Below, piece by piece: positions 57,857 to 64,000 of a stretch of 64,000 nt of DNA. The stretch covers positions 224,001-288,000 of the forward strand of contig JAVJNR010000002.1 of assembly GCA_040217195.1 (NCBI GenBank). The letters are read 5' to 3'. Each line of letters starts with the position of its first letter. The first letter of the stretch is position 1. The notes under the pieces were generated by a model. That model was not told where the DNA came from. It worked only from the letters and a program-made list of their open reading frames with translations, and made no database searches. This stretch comes from Leptospiraceae bacterium. Lineage in GTDB: Bacteria > Spirochaetota > Leptospiria > Leptospirales > Leptonemataceae. Made by a program: the position numbers and the translations under genes.

Positions 57857-59959
57857 TTACACTGAAGCATCCGTGAACAGTGGACCCTGATTTGAAAGAG
57901 CTCTGAGAAAATCTTCTTCGGGCATGGCTGCACCGGTGAAGTATCCTTGAACCATATCGCAGGACTCCTGGCGCAAAAACTCTGCAATTGTTCTGGATTC
58001 CACTCCCTCCGCTATCATGCGAAGCTTTAATGCATGTGCCAGTTCTACTACAGCCTGGGAGATGGCAGCGTTGTCATCGTCTGTGTCCAGGTTTTTGACA
58101 AATGCTCCATCCAACTTCAAATAATGGACCGGGAAATACTTCAGATAATTCAGCGAGGAGTAACCTGTGCCAAAATCATCCACCGCAAGCTCCACGCCCA
58201 TCTGGTCCAGGGTTTCCAGTATCTTAATTGTAGTTGCAGGTCTTCGCATTAACTCGGATTCCGTGATCTCCAGAATCAGGCCCGCCGGATCCAGACCGGT
58301 TTCTTTCAGTGTTTGCTCTACCTGGAGAGCGAAATTCTTTTGACTTAATTGCTGCACAGCCACGTTTACTGAGATCCCGGTATCCATGTATCCATTGGCT
58401 CTCCATCTGGCGGCTGCCTTGCAGGATTCTTTTAACACCCATTGTCCAACATCACGAATAAAGCCTGACTCTTCTAGAATTGGAATGAACTCGGATGGAG
58501 TAACTACACCAAACTCTGGACTGGTCCATCGTAGCAACGCTTCGCCATGAGTAAACTTTCCGGTTTTTAGATCAACAATAGGCTGGAAATGAATTCTCAG
58601 TTCTTCCCGCTCCAGGGCCTTGCGAAGAGCACCGGAGAGCTGGACACGTCTATGGTTTCTTTGCTGGATTTCTTGATTAAAGAATATGTATGTATTCTTT
58701 CCACTTCTCTTGCCGGAATACATTGCCGCATCTGCATTCTTCAGTAGCTCTTCGAAATCTTTTCCATCCTCTGGATAGAGGGCCAGTCCAATACTGGCGG
58801 TGACATGCAGTACATTTCCCAGCACCAGGTAATCTCGGGATACTTCCTGTAGTAGAGTTTTACAGAGTTTTTCGATGTTCTTTCTATCGGATCGTCCGGG
58901 CACCAGGATGGCGAATTCATCACCACCGATTCTGGCCAGCAAAGACTCCTCACCGGCATATCCGTGGACTACACTTTCCAGACGGTTGGCCACCTCATCC
59001 AGCATAGTGTCTCCGGTGCTGTGGCCCAGACTATCATTGATATCCTTGAAGCCATCCAGATCCAGATAGAGTAATGCAGCTTGCGATTTGGTGAAACGGA
59101 GGATTCGATTGGCACTGGTTTCGAATGCCAGTCGATTAGGAATTCCAGTAACAGCATCCCTGTAGGCCAGGTTTCGAATTCGATCCGCCATCATGTTGAA
59201 CGTAGTGCTCAAATGAGCGATTTCATCCTTCCCGTCTACAGATGCCCGGGAGTCAAGGTTTCCCTGGCCGAATGCGGTGGTTGTATCCAACAGGTGCTGC
59301 AGCCTGCGCATCAAAAACAAATAGTAAGCCAGTGCCAGGGCTGCAAGGATCCCTGCGATCAATAGATTGGTAGTAAGAATGTTACCTGTTACGGCTGCTC
59401 GCCTTCGTTCTATTAGATTTTCCAGGGAGTAGAGCTGCACGATAATTCCGTTTTCTGTTTCAGCTTCTGGATTCAAACGAAATGGATAGAGTGCGAGAAT
59501 ATCCTGGGTCGATTCGATGTACTTAAGTTCCGGTCGGCCAGGGCGAGTCCGCCAGTCAGCCATTATGCTTCGCACGGCTTCGCGCTCCCTATCCTCCAGA
59601 GCCGGGACGCGCAAGGCATCTTCAAAAGAATTACCCTGAAGACCCGGGGAAGGAGAATGCATGATTTCACCGACACTATCCAGGACCACCAGAAGTCGAA
59701 TCTGAGGATCTGCATTTAGTAGTCGCAGGAAGCCTTCCTCCACCGGTTCATTGGAGGCCTGTCTTTCTTCCAGGTAGGATCGAGTGAGACTCATGTTTTG
59801 AGCCACCAGAGACTTTCGATCCTGAATCAGGTTGTGGGTAACATTTTCCACCTGGGTCTGAATCATCACGCCTACAGACACGAAAGTGAAAGAAAAGAAG
59901 AGCACCGGAAATAGTATCCGGAACGGAATGAGTGAAAGCAGTCGCTTCATTCGACGCAC
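57857..59959 (-). CDS. Membrane HAMP-GGDEF-EAL protein
   Basis: Two TM, HAMP (DEIAHLSTTFNMM), RIGGDEF, GEALLRW and VDDFGTGYSS. Confidence 0.93.
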   Translation of the reverse strand: MRRMKRLLSLIPFRILFPVLFFSFTFVSVGVMIQTQVENVTHNLIQDRKSLVAQNMSLTRSYLEERQASNEPVEEGFLRLLNADPQIRLLVVLDSVGEIMHSPSPGLQGNSFEDALRVPALEDREREAVRSIMADWRTRPGRPELKYIESTQDILALYPFRLNPEAETENGIIVQLYSLENLIERRRAAVTGNILTTNLLIAGILAALALAYYLFLMRRLQHLLDTTTAFGQGNLDSRASVDGKDEIAHLSTTFNMMADRIRNLAYRDAVTGIPNRLAFETSANRILRFTKSQAALLYLDLDGFKDINDSLGHSTGDTMLDEVANRLESVVHGYAGEESLLARIGGDEFAILVPGRSDRKNIEKLCKTLLQEVSRDYLVLGNVLHVTASIGLALYPEDGKDFEELLKNADAAMYSGKRSGKNTYIFFNQEIQQRNHRRVQLSGALRKALEREELRIHFQPIVDLKTGKFTHGEALLRWTSPEFGVVTPSEFIPILEESGFIRDVGQWVLKESCKAAARWRANGYMDTGISVNVAVQQLSQKNFALQVEQTLKETGLDPAGLILEITESELMRRPATTIKILETLDQMGVELAVDDFGTGYSSLNYLKYFPVHYLKLDGAFVKNLDTDDDNAAISQAVVELAHALKLRMIAEGVESRTIAEFLRQESCDMVQGYFTGAAMPEEDFLRALSNQGPLFTDASV

Positions 59960-60011
59960 CTATCGAATGTTTCGAAATCAACCATCTCAGGACAAGGATT
60001 GTGATAAGCCC

Positions 60012-63000
60012 TTAGAACTGGAAGTAAATAAAGGGCTGAACATCCCGAACGGAAATCTGGAACAGACCAGTAAGTAGAAGAAAAGCACTGACCAACTGAA
60101 CCGGCAGTGGAGTGCGATCCCATAGATCAGCAGCTTTCTGCCGAAACCTTACAGGTGTTAGATGGTACATATAGGCCAGTATGACTACCAGTAGATAGGT
60201 CCATCCGGTGTTGGGAATACTCCATTGTCCTGAGGAAAAGAACTCTGCAGGAAATAACGATCCGAAGAAATCCAGAAATTGGTCTACATCGTGGGAGCGA
60301 AATAGCACCCATCCGATTAATACTAGATGCAATGTAATAGCCCGGCGTAACCAGAGATTTGCTGCGGAATCCCGATTGCGCTTCAGAGAAATAGTCCCCA
60401 ACTCTTCAGAGTTCTCCCGGTTACCCAGAGCCGTGTCTTTCCCGGTGGAGCCGGATCTTCGCCTGCGAATTGCATCTGGTATTCTTTCAAGCATCAAGAA
60501 GAGACCATGATAGATGCCCCAGGCAACAAACATTATTCCCGCTCCATGCCATAGACCGGCCAGAAACATTGTTATAAACAGATTGCGGTACATATAAAAT
60601 CTGTTTCCACCAAGAGATATATATACATAGTCGCGAAACCAGCTACCCAGGGATATGTGCCAGCGTCGCCAGAACTCTGAGATGGATGCGCTTTGATAGG
60701 GTCGATTGAAATTGTCAGTTAATCGAAATCCCAGAAGCCTGGCCGCTCCCAGGGCCATATCAGTGTAACCAGAAAAATCTCCATAAATCTGCAGACCATA
60801 GGCATAGAACACAATCAAGGTCTCTGCCGAAGTGAACATCTCAGGATTTTGATAAACTCTATCGATCAATCCATAAGCCAGCCAGTCGGCGGTCATCTTT
60901 TTGATTAAACCTCCCAGGAATTGAAACACTCCCAGGTTAAAATCTGTATGGTTCGGTAGAAAATGATAGATTCCCTTTTTTATGTCAGGGATGAACTCGC
61001 TGGCTCGAACGATAGGTCCGGCCACAAGCTGAGGGAAGAAAGTTACGTATAGAGAAAAACGCAGAAAGTTCTTCTCCACAGGCAAAGTACCGCGATAGAC
61101 ATCGATTGTATAACTGAGGGTTTGAAAAGTATAGAAGGAAATCCCTACCGGTAGGAGAAGTCCAAGGGCTGGAACGGTTATTTCCCATCCGCTGGCCTGA
61201 AAGCCCTGGTTCAATAGATGCGCAACGAAATCAAAGTACTTAAAGAAGAACAGTAGCCCCAGGTTACCGGCCAGAGAAATCAGTAGATAGGTACCTCCAA
61301 TGCCTCCTGTTCCGTAAGCCGTTCCAGATCGCTCTCTGGCTCGTGCAATGGCCATACCGCAATAATAATCCAGAACGGTTGAAAAGAGCATCAGGCTTAC
61401 TGGCCAGAGTTTCCAGGAGGCATAGAAGTAATAAGAAGCAAGTATTAGAAATATCAGGCGAAGAGCGGGATATCGAAGTAGTATAGTTGCGCCCAGCACC
61501 ACAATAAACAGAAAATAGGCGAAGTCCATGGAATGGAATGCGATGGCCCCCGGGCTTGCATCTCGGTCGGTAATGGACCTGGGCTGATAACTATACAGAT
61601 CCTCGTGGTCTTTGAAGTCTGCGCTAATGGAGAAATCATTTTTGCTGTCTAGATTGCCGGAGTAGATGAGATAATGGGTAATCAGAGCATCGTAAATTCC
61701 CTGGGCCAATCGATCTCCGCCACTTCGGGTTAGATGGGTGTAATCGCTAATCGCTTCACCATTCTTGAACATGGTCTGCATCTGGCCTTCGCCACCCAGG
61801 TATTCATAAGAATCGAAGTAGGCGAATTTAAACTCCGAGGCCAATTGCATCTGCACTTCCCGGACAATTAACTGTGCTTCGGATGGTTTGGGGCCTGCCG
61901 CTGAAGGTAACAGCCGCTCAAAGGGGCCTACGATTAACACAGGTGTTTCGGGTAATGCCTTGCGCACTCGACGAAAGTACTCTCTTAGCTGCGATTCATA
62001 TTTTTCCTTCGTAAATCCCCTGTAATTCGAAGAAAGGGATGCGGACTCATTGACTCCATACTGGTAAATCAATAGATCCGGATTCGCGGCTTTCAGGCCA
62101 CAAATCAGCACATCCTCCGGAATCATGGACATCCAGGCCAGGTGAATACCCATCTTTACAATGGCGCTATAAGAGACTCCTCTGGTGTTTTCCAGAAACA
62201 GACCATCTATAATTGGAAATGGAATTGTTTCCTTCTGTGGAATCACAGATAATTCCAGTTTTCGCGATTCCGGGATGTCAATTTCAGCCACCGAACAGTT
62301 TCCCTGAACGGTTACGTTTCGTTCAATGGTAGATTTGCTGCCATCCACCTTCACTACATTGGCTTGAACTAAATAGGTCAGAGGCCTGGTAACATCTCCA
62401 TTCTTTAAACGCTCGGGGTGGCCGATGATGATTCGCACTCTTTGCCAGGGAGCCATGCTGGCATCCGGAAGAGTATGCGAGGTCACAGATTTTGCATACG
62501 TAGGAGTTGCTGATCCGCCGGAGAAACCCAGAACGGGCATTAGCGGCATGGTAAAGCTTTCGAAAGGAATGGTGGCTATGCGAAATCCCCGGCGAGTTTC
62601 ATTATCGTGTTCCTTGAGCTCAGAACTGGGAGAGTCAATGATGTTTACCAGACCCCGACCGCCATCCATAAAATCCTTCTGGAACAGTTGCTTCATTTTG
62701 AGCGAAAGGTTATCGCCCCACATTATGGAATCTCCGAAATGCAGAATCCGGACTGTACGAGTTTCCGTACCTTTAGGATCTACCTTTTCCAGCCCTTTCA
62801 GTGCTTCAAAGAAAGTTTGCAAGCGATCAAAATCAGGACCTGAGATCAGTATTGGTCGAGACTCTACTGATTTCGGTTCTTGATCCTTTGCTTCTGTATT
62901 CGTTAGTTCATCATTCGCCTTGTCGCTTTGAGGTTGCTGAGGCCTGGAATCGCTGGCCGAGGAGAACTGGGAGAAATCGTTATATGCCTGAATAAAAGGT

Positions 63001-63137
63001 CTTAACGGATTTGGCGGAATGTAGCTTTCCGTCGTGGGAAAGACTCTGAATGGCTCCGGCAATTTCTGCTGTAGATAAGAAGCCGCAATAAACAGGCCCA
63101 GCAGGCTCAAAGAAAAAACCAGGAAGCGCCGAATCAT
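60012..63137 (-). CDS. Fused SGNH/GDSL domain + MBOAT O-acyltransferase (AlgI/PatA/DltB-like)
   Basis: SGNH blocks HFGDS, YGVNE and DYTH; MBOAT motifs LPVGISFYTFQ, FFPQLVAGPI, DFSGYTD, FWRRWHISL and GLWHGA; terminal PFIYFQF. Confidence 0.9.
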   Translation of the reverse strand: MIRRFLVFSLSLLGLFIAASYLQQKLPEPFRVFPTTESYIPPNPLRPFIQAYNDFSQFSSASDSRPQQPQSDKANDELTNTEAKDQEPKSVESRPILISGPDFDRLQTFFEALKGLEKVDPKGTETRTVRILHFGDSIMWGDNLSLKMKQLFQKDFMDGGRGLVNIIDSPSSELKEHDNETRRGFRIATIPFESFTMPLMPVLGFSGGSATPTYAKSVTSHTLPDASMAPWQRVRIIIGHPERLKNGDVTRPLTYLVQANVVKVDGSKSTIERNVTVQGNCSVAEIDIPESRKLELSVIPQKETIPFPIIDGLFLENTRGVSYSAIVKMGIHLAWMSMIPEDVLICGLKAANPDLLIYQYGVNESASLSSNYRGFTKEKYESQLREYFRRVRKALPETPVLIVGPFERLLPSAAGPKPSEAQLIVREVQMQLASEFKFAYFDSYEYLGGEGQMQTMFKNGEAISDYTHLTRSGGDRLAQGIYDALITHYLIYSGNLDSKNDFSISADFKDHEDLYSYQPRSITDRDASPGAIAFHSMDFAYFLFIVVLGATILLRYPALRLIFLILASYYFYASWKLWPVSLMLFSTVLDYYCGMAIARARERSGTAYGTGGIGGTYLLISLAGNLGLLFFFKYFDFVAHLLNQGFQASGWEITVPALGLLLPVGISFYTFQTLSYTIDVYRGTLPVEKNFLRFSLYVTFFPQLVAGPIVRASEFIPDIKKGIYHFLPNHTDFNLGVFQFLGGLIKKMTADWLAYGLIDRVYQNPEMFTSAETLIVFYAYGLQIYGDFSGYTDMALGAARLLGFRLTDNFNRPYQSASISEFWRRWHISLGSWFRDYVYISLGGNRFYMYRNLFITMFLAGLWHGAGIMFVAWGIYHGLFLMLERIPDAIRRRRSGSTGKDTALGNRENSEELGTISLKRNRDSAANLWLRRAITLHLVLIGWVLFRSHDVDQFLDFFGSLFPAEFFSSGQWSIPNTGWTYLLVVILAYMYHLTPVRFRQKAADLWDRTPLPVQLVSAFLLLTGLFQISVRDVQPFIYFQF

Positions 63138-63174
63138 GGAGCTTCCTGGATCTCATGGGAGCCCTGCAGGGCTA

Positions 63175-64000
63175 TCAAATTTTACGGAATCGGTAGTGGC
63201 TTACGAACCATTCGTTTCCATTTCTGGTGCCAAATAGTTCCTCGCAGGCCATAAAGAAGATCCTCCAGTATTCCACCCAGGGGGCTGCCTGGTCGGAGCC
63301 ATAGACTCCGTTGAACAGATCCTTGATTTCCTTTTTGTATCGGTCCATGTTATCCAGCCAGGCTCGAGCGGTTTTTTCATAATTTTGACCGTTGACCACT
63401 TGATGGTCTTCCAGTTGGAATCCGTCCGCGAAATACAAATAAAGATCATTGGAAGGCATAATGCCGCCGCTGAAGAAATACCGGCCCATCCAATTGGATT
63501 CACCCTCTTCCTCAAAAAAGTAGCTATATTCGCGATGTGCAAATACGTGAATGAACAGCTTTCCATTCTTCTTGAGCCAGCCACGCACTCGGGAAAAGAG
63601 CTCCCGATAATTGCGCATATGTTCAAACATTTCAATAGAAATCACACGATCGAAGCTGGATCGAATCTTGAAATCATTCATGTCTGCGGTGATCACTTTA
63701 ATGTTTTTTAATCCCTTATGCCTGGCTCGGTTTTCGATGTACTGCTTCTGGCTGGCAGAATTGGAAACAGCCGTAATTCTTGCCTTTGGTAACTTTTCTG
63801 CCATATACAGAGTCAAGCTACCCCAGCCACAGCCCAGTTCCAGAATGGACTGTCCGTTCCTCAGCTCTGCACTTCTGAGGTATCGGGCGAGCATCGCCTC
63901 TTCTGCGCCATCCAGATCTCGTATGCCACCTTCCCAGAGGCAGGCGCTGTATTTTTTGCGAGACCCCAGTACATAGTCATAGAATCGAGCTGGAACTTCA
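63175..64000 (-). CDS. Cyclopropane-fatty-acyl-phospholipid synthase-family SAM methyltransferase (5' end outside the window)
   Basis: EVPARFYDYVLG..KYSACLW at the window edge, ILELGCGWGS, SIEMFEHMRN and FFSGGIMPS. Confidence 0.9.
   Translation of the reverse strand, partial: EVPARFYDYVLGSRKKYSACLWEGGIRDLDGAEEAMLARYLRSAELRNGQSILELGCGWGSLTLYMAEKLPKARITAVSNSASQKQYIENRARHKGLKNIKVITADMNDFKIRSSFDRVISIEMFEHMRNYRELFSRVRGWLKKNGKLFIHVFAHREYSYFFEEEGESNWMGRYFFSGGIMPSNDLYLYFADGFQLEDHQVVNGQNYEKTARAWLDNMDRYKKEIKDLFNGVYGSDQAAPWVEYWRIFFMACEELFGTRNGNEWFVSHYRFRKI

Overview
Gene-dense chromosomal window of about 50 CDSs. The protein repertoire (7TM-DISM sensors, spirochaete-type lipoproteins, an XPB-associated-domain protein) suggests a free-living Leptospiraceae-like spirochaete; this is inference, as no database search was run. 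Housekeeping and metabolic genes include prfB, a class B PBP, lepB, xseA, queE-queD-queC-kdsB, can, plsC, purE-purK, sodB, sppA, purF and pdxH. Signalling genes include a 7TM hybrid kinase-REC-PP2C, a PAS/GAF-GGDEF-EAL protein, a HAMP-GGDEF-EAL protein, a 7TM adenylate/guanylate cyclase and a cNMP-patatin. I found no rRNA, tRNA, CRISPR array, integrase or transposase. The most interesting observations are: (1) one polypeptide fusing an SGNH acyltransferase domain, an AlgI/PatA/DltB-type MBOAT and a terminal FIYFQF acyl-shuttle motif; (2) two paralogous uncharacterised lipoprotein genes flanking an AraC regulator, each preceded at identical spacing by a conserved 42-bp tandem direct-repeat box; (3) a 59-aa membrane protein missed by the ORF track that resembles the split-off last helix of the adjacent sodium:solute symporter; (4) a Lol-like ABC/outer-membrane operon with a GbsR-family repressor, a palindromic operator and an 8-bp tandem repeat; (5) a divergent WGR-like mini-protein; and (6) a long insertion in PurK.
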